In this document: in pieces, positions 10,832 to 22,702 of the stretch
Layout: each line of letters begins with the position of its first letter
Position numbering within the stretch: position 1 is the first letter of the stretch
From: Octopus vulgaris
Taxonomy: Eukaryota
Assembly (NCBI GenBank): GCA_951406725.2
Contig: OX597823.1
Coordinates: 102,734,001-102,798,000 of the forward strand
DNA: 64,000 nucleotides
Direction of reading: 5' to 3'
Translations under genes and position numbers: made by a program
Notes under the pieces: generated by a model
The model's database searches: none
What the model was told of the DNA's origin: nothing
The model's input: the letters and a program-made list of their open reading frames with translations, nothing else

Positions 10832-12724
10832 TCAAGCATAGCCCATGGTAGCTGAGAATAAATTGTTGTCCAACTCGAACGATTTCTCACGCGGATTCTG
10901 TTGCAATACCATTTCAGCTTCACGAACTTTTTCTCGCAACACATTGGGGGACTCAATTAAGTGAATGATATCAGAAGAGTCTAGTTCAAGAAGCATACCA
11001 GTAATTTTCTGGGCCATTATATCGTTTATTTTCTTGACTTCAGGAAACAAACGCTCTCCTAAGAAATTCTTTTGTTCCTGAGGAGAGACGGCAGAAAGGC
11101 TATCCAGAGATTTTTCAGTAAACTCAGGTTTTGTTTGTTGTACACTCGGTATTTGAAATAGATTGGTTAACTGTGTGGGGACCTTGAAATGTTGAGGGAT
11201 TGGATTGATTGTATGGTGCAATAAAGACGCATTGTGCAAGTGGTGTGGCATAGCTAGTCCCTCCATATTACGAGAATGGGTACTGTTATCGTACAATGGG
11301 CGCGTGTTCATAAAACTTGGACCACTCCCGCTGAAGGACGGCGAGATATTTTGTCTGTAGCCAGTTGGCTGACCAGCAAAAGGGCGAGTATTCTGACTAT
11401 TTCTCAGTTTCAAATGATTTGTTGGTAGCCTGTTGTAACTTACTTGGTTTGGAATCTGATGTATCAATGGCGATTGCCAACGTGACACATTGCCGATATG
11501 CATTTGAGATGGGTAAGAGGTGCGACTGGGAAGTGTCGGCAAGTAGTAGCTGGCAGTAACTGGTGGAATAATAGAATGAGTATCAGCAACAGAATCCTTC
11601 AGATTATTTATGTTTTTCTTACGTTCATCTTTGCTTTGAGCAAAGGTAACAAACAATGGTTTCTGCAGAACAATGCGACCATTCATTTCTTTTATAGCTT
11701 TATCTGCAGCTTCTTGTTGGTCAAAGCAAACAAACCCAAAACCCTTTGAGCGACCATTTTGCATCATTACACGGGCACTGCTAATCTCGCCATATTTGCT
11801 AAATTCTTGGTACAATCGTTCATCATCAAAATCCTCATCAAGGTTTTTCACATAAAGATTAAATCCAGAATACCGAAATTTTTCTTCTGTTTTGGGGATA
11901 TCAAATTTCTCTTTTAGCATTTTTTTGCGCTCTTCTATCTTTTGAGCGCGACCGATAAATAATTTTCTTCCATTTAACTCAAAACCATCTAATTCTTTGA
12001 CAGCTCTTTCTGCATCGTCGGCTTTTTCGAAACTAACAAATCCAAAGCCTCTGGGTTGACCTTGTTCATCTGCCATTACTTTGACGCTCACTATATCGCC
12101 GAATTTTGAGAATAAATTTTTCAGGCCGTCATCGTCCAAATCTGTTCCGAAATTTTTTATATAAACATTACTAAACTTGTATTTCTCTTTCAAACGATCT
12201 TTCTTTGGAATAAATTTTGCCACATAAACTGTCTTTCCGTTGAGTAACATGCCATTGACTTTGTTAATGGCCTCTTCTGCTGCCTTCTCTTCTTCAAAAT
12301 GAACAAATCCATAACCTTTTGAACCAGATTCATCAGAAATTATTTTACAAGAGAGAATACAACCGAATGCTGAAAAAGTATCAAGTAGAGATTTGTTGTC
12401 GATACTGGAGTCAAGATTTTTAATAAAAACGTTACCCTTACCAGACCTACGAAGGGACGGGTCTCTTTGTGACCACATTAAACGCATTGGTCGGCCAAGA
12501 ATTGCTTCGAAATTCAATGTATCCAATGCTTTTTCAGCGTCCAAATAATTTTGGAAGTTGACATAAGCATAACCGAGAGACTTCTTAGTTAGCACGTTTC
12601 GACAGACACGAATAGATTCAATTGGTCCAATTTTCACGAACTTGTCATAAAGTTGAGATTCTGTTACCTCTGGGTGTAAGTCACCAACATACAGTGACAC
12701 TTTAAGTAAATTCATTTCGTTCAT
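10832..12724 (-). CDS. PABPC: Cytoplasmic polyadenylate-binding protein (PABPC family), intronless divergent paralogue, 630 aa
   Basis: Single uninterrupted ORF with RRM1 (SLYVGDLHPEV...SLGYAYVNF...MWSQRDPSLRRSG), RRM2 (NVFIKNL...SKGYGFVHF), RRM3 (NVYIKNF...RGFGFVSF), RRM4 (NLYVKNL...SKGFGFVCF), a P/Q/S-rich linker and an MLLE domain (QEQKNFLGERLFP...KITGMLLE). The ORF-track start at 12799 is TTG; the first ATG is at 12724 (ccaACAATG) and gives a typical short N-terminus. Confidence 0.95.
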   Translation of the reverse strand: MNEMNLLKVSLYVGDLHPEVTESQLYDKFVKIGPIESIRVCRNVLTKKSLGYAYVNFQNYLDAEKALDTLNFEAILGRPMRLMWSQRDPSLRRSGKGNVFIKNLDSSIDNKSLLDTFSAFGCILSCKIISDESGSKGYGFVHFEEEKAAEEAINKVNGMLLNGKTVYVAKFIPKKDRLKEKYKFSNVYIKNFGTDLDDDGLKNLFSKFGDIVSVKVMADEQGQPRGFGFVSFEKADDAERAVKELDGFELNGRKLFIGRAQKIEERKKMLKEKFDIPKTEEKFRYSGFNLYVKNLDEDFDDERLYQEFSKYGEISSARVMMQNGRSKGFGFVCFDQQEAADKAIKEMNGRIVLQKPLFVTFAQSKDERKKNINNLKDSVADTHSIIPPVTASYYLPTLPSRTSYPSQMHIGNVSRWQSPLIHQIPNQVSYNRLPTNHLKLRNSQNTRPFAGQPTGYRQNISPSFSGSGPSFMNTRPLYDNSTHSRNMEGLAMPHHLHNASLLHHTINPIPQHFKVPTQLTNLFQIPSVQQTKPEFTEKSLDSLSAVSPQEQKNFLGERLFPEVKKINDIMAQKITGMLLELDSSDIIHLIESPNVLREKVREAEMVLQQNPREKSFELDNNLFSATMGYA

Positions 12725-12810
12725 TGTTGGAGTGTCACAACGAACTCTTTTTTTCACTGACAGATATCTACGTGACGGAAGAGCTTGGTTCTCTTTCAAT
12801 GTAAATGCCG

Positions 12811-12897
12811 ACCTGGTTCAAGGAAAAGTAAGACCAGGTTTTTAAAAAAATAACAGCCAATCAAAAGATGTTATACAGCTGAAGATCCATGACGTCA
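12811..12897 (-). promoter_or_regulatory. Putative proximal promoter of the PABPC gene: CRE palindrome and CCAAT box
   Basis: TGACGTCA at 12890-12897, AGCCAATCA with CCAAT at 12857-12861, and an ACCTGGT/ACCAGGT inverted pair at 12811-12839, all within about 175 bp upstream of the ATG. Confidence 0.45.
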
Positions 12898-12964
12898 CGG
12901 CTCTTTGTGTTAAATGCCCCTATCTGGCGAATAAACTTTATTTGAATTTGTTCAAAAAGGCAGA

Positions 12965-13105
12965 GAGTTCAAATTCCGCCGAGGTCGACTTCGCCTTTCA
13001 TCCTTTCGGGATCGATAAATTAAGTACCAGTTGCGTACTGGGGTCGATCTAATCGACTGGCCCCCTTTCCAAAAATTTCGGGCTTTGTGCTTAGAGTAGT
13101 AAAGA
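12965..13105 (+). mobile_element. SINE family B (GTTCAAATTCCGCCGAGGTCGAC...CCTTTCATCCTTT) directly upstream of the PABPC promoter
   Basis: The same family occurs at about 1-50(-), 18880-19000(-), 19062-19265(+), 31810-32020(-), 35765-35965(+), 43940-44370(-, two copies) and 59320-59440(-). Confidence 0.8.
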
Positions 13106-13739
13106 TAAGGAACTTTCTACCCAAGACCCACCCATACCCTCATCGTCCCATCCTTGCCCTGCAGATACTGACACCTCCCAGTCCCCTCCATCACAAAAAC
13201 AAAAAAAGAAAATGCAGACACACAACGAATCAAATACACACCCCGCTCTTTATGCAAGTTTCACAAGAAGTAACAAATTGTTGTCAAAGATAAGAAAATG
13301 GGAAGGCCTAGACTTGGTGTGTGCAAAGGATGAACAGGGGTAGGTTACAATGTTGACATTAACATCAGAATTGCAACAAAAAAAAAGGAAATAGAAGGAC
13401 TTGATGAAGAGTATGCTCTGTGGGAGGTGAAAGCTGACGGAGAGGATCCCGCGTAATATGAAGTACAGAGGCTTGGAAAAGGAAGGCTTTCGAGTCATAC
13501 AAAGGTTAAAGACTTAATAACGGAGAACAGGATAAGGGAATCAAGTGGCGTTGCCTGATGGGGCAGGTAGCACCACTTTCATATTTCATTTCGTTCATTT
13601 CATCATATCATACGTTTTTTATCATTTTTTTTGTATGTGTTATGTGTCCCCAACGTGTTGTAAGTCCTCTTCTGTGTGGCCCTTTATGGATAATAAAGAA
13701 AGATTTATTTGAATTTGTTCAGAATAGTTTGCTCTGTGA

Positions 13740-15900
13740 GTATATCCAGGCGTGAACTTCGCCGAGCATTGTTAAAGTTGCTGTTGAGTTTATCTTTGTT
13801 TAAATTGTTGTAGTGTTCTTTGAACACTTTGGTTTTTGCTGCCTTTGGACAGGCTAGTTGTGCTTTCCCTCCTCATAGAGGAGAGTAAGCAAAGTAAAAA
13901 ATGGAAGAAATCAGCTCGTCAGATAAATAGCTACACTGAGGTGTCCGATTCTGAGCAGTCGGACACTTCATGGGCCAACAGGAATGAAAGAAGCTTCACA
14001 GAAATGGCTAAAGTATCAGAAAGTAATGTGGATTTGGAAGAGTGGAAGAAATACTCCAAAAGGATGAAAAGGGACGGAACGAAGGTGGAAGTAACTGCGT
14101 CAATGGAGATAATTGATAAAATAACGAGAAGTACGGAAGTGTGTAAAACACACTCAGTGGCCGAAGGAAGAATTAAAAAGATGACGACGATGCAAGTGGA
14201 GAAGGTACTAAGGCCCGTATGGAAGGATATTAGGTATTTAACAAGAGGCAGTGAATTTGGTACAATTAAAGTTCAATTTAATGATGTAAAGTGCAAGTTT
14301 GAACTCGTCAACAATATTAAAGAACGAGGAAGTAGTGATGCTGCCAATATATGGTGGAAGGAGTGCTATAAGGGTCAACGTAGAGGGAATCTCTCCCGGG
14401 CGTCGACGTAACCTGGATAGTAGCCGCAGTTTGCTTAGTCGTTTTCAGCTGGTAGACCGATTCAGACTGGACCACCCAGACATTCCATTGTAGACATGGG
14501 CAAAAAACGATGGGTCGTCCAGATCTTATTTAGGCAGGATTCTTGTAAGGAGTAAGGATAAGAAAATTGTGAGTTGTCCACAATACCACATCGTCAGCTA
14601 CAGTGATCACAAACTTGTGACCTGTACGCTTGACTTAGATAGCATGTGTAGACAGGGATCCGGTTACTGGAAGCTAAACAAGTCGCTCTTGGACTGCGAA
14701 GCCTACCGGAACCGGATTAGACAGCTAGTTATGAGGGCGTTAACAGGAGCCATTATAAATGATAAATGGTGGTAAAATTTGAGTCAATTGGGTTCAGTAA
14801 GGAATTAGCTAGTGCGAGAAATAGAGTAGAAAGGGCACTAGTTAAGGCACTAGAAGAGGCAATGAGGTCAGGCTCTGCAACCTAGGTTTTAGCGGCGAGG
14901 TTGGCACTCGACCAATATTTCAAAGTTAAATTGCCCTGATTCATGGCTGAACAAGTTGGAACGCATGCTCTTCTGCTTTTTGTAGTGGAGCAGGGGAACT
15001 CTTGTAAGGCGCTCTATCTGTTGCCAAAAACTACTGAAGGGTGGGCTACGGGTGCCGTGGCTAAAAATGCGCAGACATGCGCTGAGGCTTAGGCACCTCT
15101 GGCTTTACCTGGACGGTGAGCAGGTATTTCCACAGTTCACATCCCTTACTGAACTGGACCCATGGATTAAGCGTAGACCGAGGTTGGGGGCTTGACATGC
15201 AGTGTCGTCAGGCAATCATGCTTCTCTCCCAGTCGAGCAACGCCGGTGGCGGGGGTTCCACCTAGTCCTTCTATAGAGGGTTGGTAGAGTGCAAGTGTGA
15301 CGACATCCTGGGAGAAACCCTGGCCTTCGACGAAGGCCAACTCGCCAGCCTGTACCGATGGACATTCGGGCCAGGGCTATGGATAATTACCAGAAGTCCC
15401 TAGCATGGCAGTGTTACAGAGGTGCTTTACCTGTTTGGGATAAGTTCTTTGGACATGGTTCTGCGTCTTCGCCGGCTTGTCCAAGAAGCGGGCAGGACAG
15501 TGAAACTGTTCTGTACGCAATTGTACGATGTCCGTAGATTTCGGAACTCTGGGCTTATGTCGAACATCTGCTGTCACATCTAAGAAGAGTACAACTGTCG
15601 TCCGAATCTATAATTAAGATCGTTCCGCCACCTTCCCTTAACAGGGAAGAGCAGGTCTGTTTTCTCTCGGTAGTAGCTATCGCGAAAGCGGTAGTGTGGA
15701 AGACGAGAGTGAAAGGGATTGCTACGGGCATTTTTATCTCCTGCCTTGGGTTGGTTAACTTTTTCTTTTTCCATATGAAAAGAAAAATAAGGCTGGAGAA
15801 GAAACGCCTGTCGCAGGGGATGTTTCGGAAAAGACGGAAGTCTGTGGCAAGTGTGTTGAGAGTGAAAGAACCCGTTTAAGCGAGAACACAAAAGGAAAAA
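13740..15900 (+). mobile_element. Decayed, internally deleted L1/Tx1-like LINE
   Basis: ORF1-like 13836-14411; APE endonuclease C-terminus (SYSDHKLV...GSGYWKLNKSLL) at 14569-14775; the RT core is missing; ORF2 C-terminal remnant (WKTRVKG) near 15694. Stops and frameshifts are present. Confidence 0.7.
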
Positions 15901-16389
15901 TAAAATTTCAGTCTTTAAAGGTACTTAAATATTTTTTTTAATTAATTCCTCCTGTTGTGATTCTCGTAATTAGCAGGAAAGAAAGAAAAATCTACATCTA
16001 TATAGAAATTTCTAATAAAATTGAATGAGGTAGTTCAAACGAGAAAATCCAAAGATTTCTTGTTGACACTTCTTATTCGCAATATTTTCTCATTTCTATA
16101 GATATTCAATAATTTGACAAAACAGTTACCATTAAAGGATGTTTAGAGATAATTAATAAACAGCATCAGAAATGTAAAACTAGCTAATCTGAAGACCTGT
16201 CTTTCAGCGAGTATTGCTCCGTAAATATGTACTATGCCTTTGTCAATTGTTTTAGGTGCCTATGGAGACACGAGCAGGCATGAACCCTTCTCGTCCCCCT
16301 CACCTTGATCCAGTGGAACATCTAAAGTGAGAAATGGAGAGAAAGAAGGGGATGCACCAACACTCAGCTGGTATATACTTTCAATTGAG

Positions 16390-18720
16390 TGGGGGAAGAC
16401 AGGGCAAGTTGAATATAGGGGTAAGTTGAACTACCACTTCCCAGCCAGTTATGAACGAGCCAGCCAGATTGGTGATGTGATCCATTGATGACTAACTACA
16501 TGCTTTCTAAATTGAAACAGAAACCAAGGCTAGAGAGCGAAAAATTCAATTTTTCGCCATAAAAGTTAAAATGTGTGAAACCGGTAAGTGCATATTTCTT
16601 CCATACGCAATACAGATATGATATGGACATCAGATGATAATTGTTAACCCAGGTAAGAGGCTCCACGCTTGCCACATTGTGGATGGCTACATTGTGTGTG
16701 AATGTGTAGACACCTCACGAAGTTCAAATTGAGGTAAATTGAGCCAGACCTTACAGGGCAAGTTGAGCCGTGGCTAAACTTACGCAATATGTTCATGGTG
16801 AGACAAATTGGGAAAATACTATTCTGATACTGTTCCTCATCTCCAAGAATAACACGTGTGACATCTGATGGCTGCAGTGAAGGCTTGCAGGAAAGCCTTC
16901 CTGCAAAGGAGAAGGAGAGTACTTTGAATTGTTGACCAATTTAACTCATTGCATTGAAGTAATAAAAATGGTTTGAAGTAAACTTTCATTGCCATTACAA
17001 AACGTATTTAATATTCATTTTTCTCTTTCAGAAGCTCGTGAGAAATATATAACTACAAGTGAAAGATAAATCGAGGACAAACTCCTCCATGATGTTATGG
17101 AATGAACGGCTGAGGCTATCGCTGGCAGACAGTGAGCAGAGTGCGGCCAAGAACTTTGTTATCGATCGAATGACACCTAAACGATACATTGAAAAGATGA
17201 ATAGACAACAAAAGATTGCTTGTACACCCGTGGCTTTGCAGCAGCTGGTGTTTCCTCCGGACACGGAGAAAGATTTAGTCGATCACTTGAAACAGTTGAC
17301 AGATATGTTTCATGGTTTGTGGGGGAATGGGTGCTGCTCACTAGCTTGCTGAATAAAACAATCTTGATGTGCTAGGCAGCTGAGATTGTAAGAGGGCAGG
17401 TCAAGATTTGTGGTTAGGCTGCAAGCAGTGACAAAACCTAGCAATAAGAAGTCCAGAGGCCAAATCTTTTGGATATGCCACTGCTTTCAACCAACCAGTG
17501 GTGGATATCTTTGAAGGTGACTTTGTGATTGTCAAATGTACTAGTAAAGCATGATTCGTACATTTTTTTTGCTCAGGCTGGTGTACTCAATGGAGAGGAA
17601 TTTCAGTTTGAATGTGTCTACCTGCAAGAAGTTACTGCAAAGTTCAAAATTCAAAGGATGAAGCAGGCTTTAAACTGGAAGACGTCATGTATAAGCTGTC
17701 ACAGCCCTAAAGCATTTGCAATTCTGCCCATTGTTCTGGCCAGCTTGTATTCAACTGTGATGTGGGATCTTTTCAGTCTGAACGGCAGTTTTTTAAAATA
17801 ATTTCCACGTAACTAAACACTTTTAAACTTCGTATACTGGTAGAATGTGTTTATAAAACATCTTTTTCTCTTGGCTTTATTGAGAAAATTCTATAGTTTG
17901 TAAGATATTTGTTGTTGTTTTTCTTCAATTTCTGCAATTTCAACCAATCAATGACGTCTATTGAAGGTGAAAACATTCTGTGCCGTATGAATATGTCCCT
18001 TGTTTAAGAAACAGATTGGGTTTATTTACATTTCTGAAGAAAAAAGATACCCTTCCCCCCACCCCTAACCTAACCCTAAAACAGATTGAAATGCAATAGA
18101 TCGATACTAGGGTCATAATTATGGGTGACAATTTCATGTGACACCGCAAGAAAAAACTGCCATTCAAACCGAAAAGATCCGTGATTTGTCAGTATGGCAG
18201 CTTGACTCAATTTCTGACAACTATTTCCATATCCAAATGATGAAGTGGCATTCATGAACAAGATATTGTCCCTTAGTTACCACAATCTGGCTGCTGGCAT
18301 TTCTTGGTGTATTTGGGATGCTTTTATTTTGTCATTTAAAACTGTGGCAGCTGAACTGAGTTGACTTTTACCACTGTTGACAATCTTGACTTTTCTATCA
18401 CTCAATTTGTTTCTAATTGACTGTTGTAACCATGAACAAGAGATGATCATTTCGTTCAGTGTTGTTTGCATTATATTTTTCAGGCAGAACAATAGTTTTG
18501 TACTTGGTATCTTTATTACCCCTGTGTGGCACAACACGCCCCAGAAGGGGAAGTTGAACCGTTTGACATTTTTCAAAGGTTACAGTGACTTTCAATGTGA
18601 AGAGAGAAAGAACTAGTTACAAATGTTTCCCAAGGATACATTTGTAAGGTAAGATACACATTTCTCCAAGATCATCAGCTATTTCAGTCCCAATTCATCT
18701 AAATCAAAAACTGGCTCAAC
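16390..18720 (+). mobile_element. Decayed pogo/Tigger-like DNA transposon
   Basis: Repeated GGG(C/T/A)AAGTTGA subterminal motifs near 16400, 16420, 16757 and 18548, and a CENP-B-type HTH remnant (EKDLVDHLKQLTDMFHGL...IRSPEA) at about 17230-17500. Confidence 0.5.
17765..18180. mobile_element. MITE with ~29-bp TIRs (Merlin-like), nested in the pogo-like remnant
   Basis: GGATCTTTTCAGTCTGAACGGCAGTTTTT at the left end and AAAAACTGCCATTCAAACCGAAAAGATCC at the right end. The flanks GTGATGTG and GTGATTTG match at 7/8, a possible 8-bp TSD. Confidence 0.75.
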
Positions 18721-20136
18721 AGTATCTTATTTAAGGATACAATACCCTATCTGATCCAGGAAGTGAACTCACAACCTTATCATAGTGAGTTAAACACTCT
18801 AACCCTTAAACAGTACGTCTTTCCAAATTGTGATACAGAATTTAAAAAATACAAAAATAGTCAATTCAATTATACTTTATTCGTTGATACTTTATTTTAT
18901 TAACTACGAGAAAATGAAGGGTAAATTAACCTCATAAAGATCTGAACTCAGAACATAAAAAGAACTAAAATATTGCAAAACATTTTGTCCAGTTCTTTAC
19001 TGATTCAGCTACTCATAGCAGCCTTTTATTATTACAAATATTATAGACATTCTATAATAGGGCGTCGGGCGAAATGCTTAGTGGTATTTCGTCTGTCGTT
19101 ACATTCTAAGTTCAAATTCCACCGAGGTCGACTTTGTCTTTCATCCTTTTGGGGTCAATAAATAAAGTACCAGTTTAGCACTGGGGTCGATGAAATCGAC
19201 TTGATCCGTTTGTCTGTCTTTGTTTGTCCCCTCTGTGTTTAGCCCCTTGTGGGTAGTAAAGAAATATATAACAAATATTATAGACATTCTCAATACAGGA
19301 AGAGTTGCTGTGCCAACAGTTCTCACCTTTAGAACCATGGACCCCAGGAGAAGAGTCCAATAACATTTCTGAGGTCCATAATCAGTGTTCAGAATTTTAT
19401 AAAGCTACAGTGTAAAATGTGTAAGTATTTGGTTATAGTTGTTCAGTTATTGAGAGATGAAAGCATGTTTGTTGTTAGTTAATAAGATTTTGATGGTAAC
19501 TTCAGAAAAAAAATGTGTGCTCATCTTTTGCTTTAAGAACATAAAACAGTATGAATGAAAAAGAAAAAAGAATGAAGCCAGGAATGAACCAATATATACA
19601 TTATCTCCTGAGAAAATGAAACAAAAAAGCACATGTTTAATGTTGGTTATTAAACATTAATATCATAAATTTCTGCTTTCATTTTTCTGCAGCATAATGT
19701 AATTTATGAAGGTGGCATCATGGAAAATAAGAAATTTGTTCCAAAAAAAAAAAGTGAATATAATTGCAAATTGGAAATTCATTTCAAATTTCTCTTTCAT
19801 AAATTTTTTAATAATGTTTATATTAAGAAATGAGTTGTCAAGTTACAAATTATACATATATATTATATACAACACATGTTAATATTGCTTCATTGGTGGA
19901 TAAATATTCTTTATTTGTGGGTTAACCAGCCTACCATTGGTTTCATGCAATAACTTGAAAATTGCTAAGAGATATATCACTCTTAACATTAGACCAATTG
20001 TAACCTAGTTAACACACAAGTATAAACACATATACAAAAACACACACATATATAAGAGAGAATGAGAGAGGCATAACTTTAGTTTAGTGTCCCATCCCTT
20101 ACTTAGATTCTCATAACATACTGAAAAAATGCATAT

Positions 20137-20619
20137 TGTTACGAAGGTAAAATTAATGGGAAAACGCTATGCCCTAGTTCCATTGGTTGGAGTTGAACCG
20201 GCGGGAAAAAGATGTGTTCTTTGTCTTGTCAACAGCAATGGTTAAAATTAATGAGTTTTAGGAACTGATCTCTGATCTCCACGGTCAGGGAAAGGTTATA
20301 AAAAAATAAAAATGCCACCCTTTAAAATGCGACGAACTGATGTCAGACAGCGAAAGGCCGGAAAAGGGTTCAGTTGGGAGAGGCGGCGAGTCGATGCAGA
20401 CAGCCAGCCAAGAGATGTTTTAATTGATTTTGTGAATTATATAAATTGTTAAATGTAAGCAACTGCCTTCAGCTGTCTCTCTCTTTATTGTTGACATCTC
20501 TGGTTTCTGGCTTGCGTTCGCTGCCCACCCCTGCTTTCTGTGGTGGATTTCTGTTTGACTGAGCGTAGTCGTCGTCGCCGACTTAGGGTCCTGAGCTGAG
20601 TTGAGCAACGGTCCTAACA
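20137..20619. mobile_element. Solo LTR (483 bp)
   Basis: TGTTA...TAACA termini with a 4-bp TSD ATAT (20133-20136 and 20620-20623); internal ATTGG and TATAAAA motifs. Confidence 0.75.
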
Positions 20620-20859
20620 ATATTTTCCAAAAGAAATTTTGCAGATAGGCTTTCAATGGAATAGATTGCAATTATGTTGATAACATTTTAGAAAAATAAC
20701 ATATTTATGGCAAATATACAAATGAGAAATTTGTTTTACTTTTAATTTAAGGTAATATAAATATTTTTCTTTCGAAAATTATTCATTTCCTTATTTTGGA
20801 TAAGTATGCACACACACATGTATACATTAACATACATAATTTCTCACTCACACTAAACA

Positions 20860-21662
20860 ATGTAAACTCCACTCACTCCATCCCCTCCCTACCCAATACA
20901 CCTCCCCCTCATCCTCATCCCAACCCGTCTGTCATTCCAACCACCACACACACATACCCCTTCTCTCCCTCCTCCCAGCCTTCCACTACCCCCACCAATC
21001 CTCCTACATCTGACCCATCCACCCCTCCCCACTTCAGTCTGTTGTTACTATTCCTCCTGATCTTCCCCTCTCTGAGGTGGAGTGCTCTCTTTTCAGTAGG
21101 GGTCTGCACACCATCCTCCTCACTCCATCCAGTAACGAATTTCAAACTCGGTGCTGATATTCCATAGCTTTGTGCCTGTGTCAGGCTATATGCACTATTC
21201 TACAAATCTCCACCTACATCTAATGAAGAGGACTGCTTCACTGACATGGGTCACCGACCATCCCACTGGACGCCAGCTCCTGGCCAGTTCCAAGCAGTTG
21301 ATCATTCTGCGGGCATCTATCAACACATTGTGGATCGGTTTAACTTTTTCAGGCATCCCCAGCATCTGAACATCTCCCCAGCCGAACTCTTAGCTCTTCA
21401 ATGTCTATGATGCCGCAAAGACATTAGCATAAAACTGGCCAACAAGGGTGGATCCATGGTGATGTGGTGTGTAGACCTTTACAAGGCTAAAGCTCTCCAC
21501 CAACATCAAGACACCTCCTTCTACTGCCCTCTGCCCTCCAACCCCATGCCTAGCTACCAACAGACGTTGTCCTCCACTATCCATGACCTCCTCTCCTCCT
21601 GTCTCCCTCCCAACACCTCCAACCTCATTGTCTGCACTTCTCGCACTCCCACCATTTACTTC
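20860..21662 (+). mobile_element. Decayed Penelope-like element fragment (region N-terminal to the RT core, Neptune-like)
   Basis: Translation ANKGGSMVMWCVDLYKAKALHQHQDTSFYCPLPSNP...SRTPTIYF resembles the PLE KPADKGG..V...Y...RQL.D..FY motif. Confidence 0.55.
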
Positions 21663-22367
21663 CAGAGAGCATATTTTTGGCACTTTCAAGTGAGAGAGGC
21701 CCCAAGTGAAAACACAATTAGAACTTAGTTCGTGATTTTGAAAAACATGGGGCAGTAAGTGATCTCCCATGATTTGCGAAACCTCACAGTCAGAACTGAT
21801 GACAGTTCTGGATGACAGTAAGAGAATGAGTGCGAGAGAATACTGAATAGAATCCAGGTACATCAACTTGAAGGTGGTCCAGACAGCTTGGAGTTTCACA
21901 AACTTACCCGAAAAATTGTTCCCTACAGCCTTAACCTTTTTCCATACAAGGTACAGTTGGTTCAACAGTTGAAGCCCCAAGACTATGAACACGGGCTCCA
22001 ATATGCTGTCACAGTCCAGGAATTGGCACGAAATGACCCAAATTTTACACAAAAATTCATCATGTCTGATGAAGCTCACTCTTATTAGAATGGAATCATC
22101 AACAGACAAAATTTCCAGTTTTGGGGCTTTGAGAATCCAAGAACACTACATCAAAGAGAATTGCACCTCATAAAGTGTGAAGCTAAAAATAGACACCATT
22201 TAAAAGATGCCATTTTCCATACATAATGAAGAGGGATGATGGAAAAGGACTAATGCAAATTAATTTCCCTCATTTCCTCTATATTGAATTAAAATTTCAT
22301 AGACCTATTTGTAAAAATAAGAGCTATTAAAAACTAAAACCCCTCAGTGACTTCTAAGCCACCCTCT
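21663..22367 (+). mobile_element. Decayed Tc1/mariner-superfamily (DD37D/maT-like) transposase fragment
   Basis: FPYKVQLVQQLKPQDY...FIMSDEAHSY*NGIINRQNFQFWG, with a terminal ...GCCACCCTCTG TIR-like end. Confidence 0.65.
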
Positions 22368-22376
22368 GTGTGTGTG

Positions 22377-22420
<44 letters not shown>

Positions 22421-22702
22421 TACTTAGCTTTTAGAACAGCTTAGAATAATTAATTACATTCTTCAAATTTTTGTTTAGCAAAAGAATTGTTTTCAATTAT
22501 TAATTGGTGTTTGTTGAAACCATTATTGAAACTACATGCCTGGAATTGAATCTTTTAAGAAAATATTCATATACAAGATGCAGACATAGATGTATATAAA
22601 AAGGTATTGCAGTTCACTGGAAGCATTGTGTATTGTTTGTGAAATGTGATGTGTCTGGAATGGCACAACAATGCAGAGTGGACTATGATAACTGTTGCAA
22701 AT

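Noticed and set aside
12725-12799. 25-aa N-terminal extension of PABPC in the ORF track
   Set aside because: It begins at TTG and has no PABP similarity. The ATG at 12724 has a good context and gives the normal N-terminus.
18056-18080. CCCTAA telomere-like repeats
   Set aside because: Only two or three imperfect units, internal to a MITE.
19327-19405. Open 78-nt minus-strand exon candidate
   Set aside because: It overlaps MITE-like sequence (ATGGACCCC), is phase-incompatible with the 28.1-kb candidate, and shows no recognisable homology.
22560-22625. Second GTGAAC-type hammerhead core on the minus strand near 22611-22617
   Set aside because: There is no GAAA after a stem II and no complementary stem I strand.
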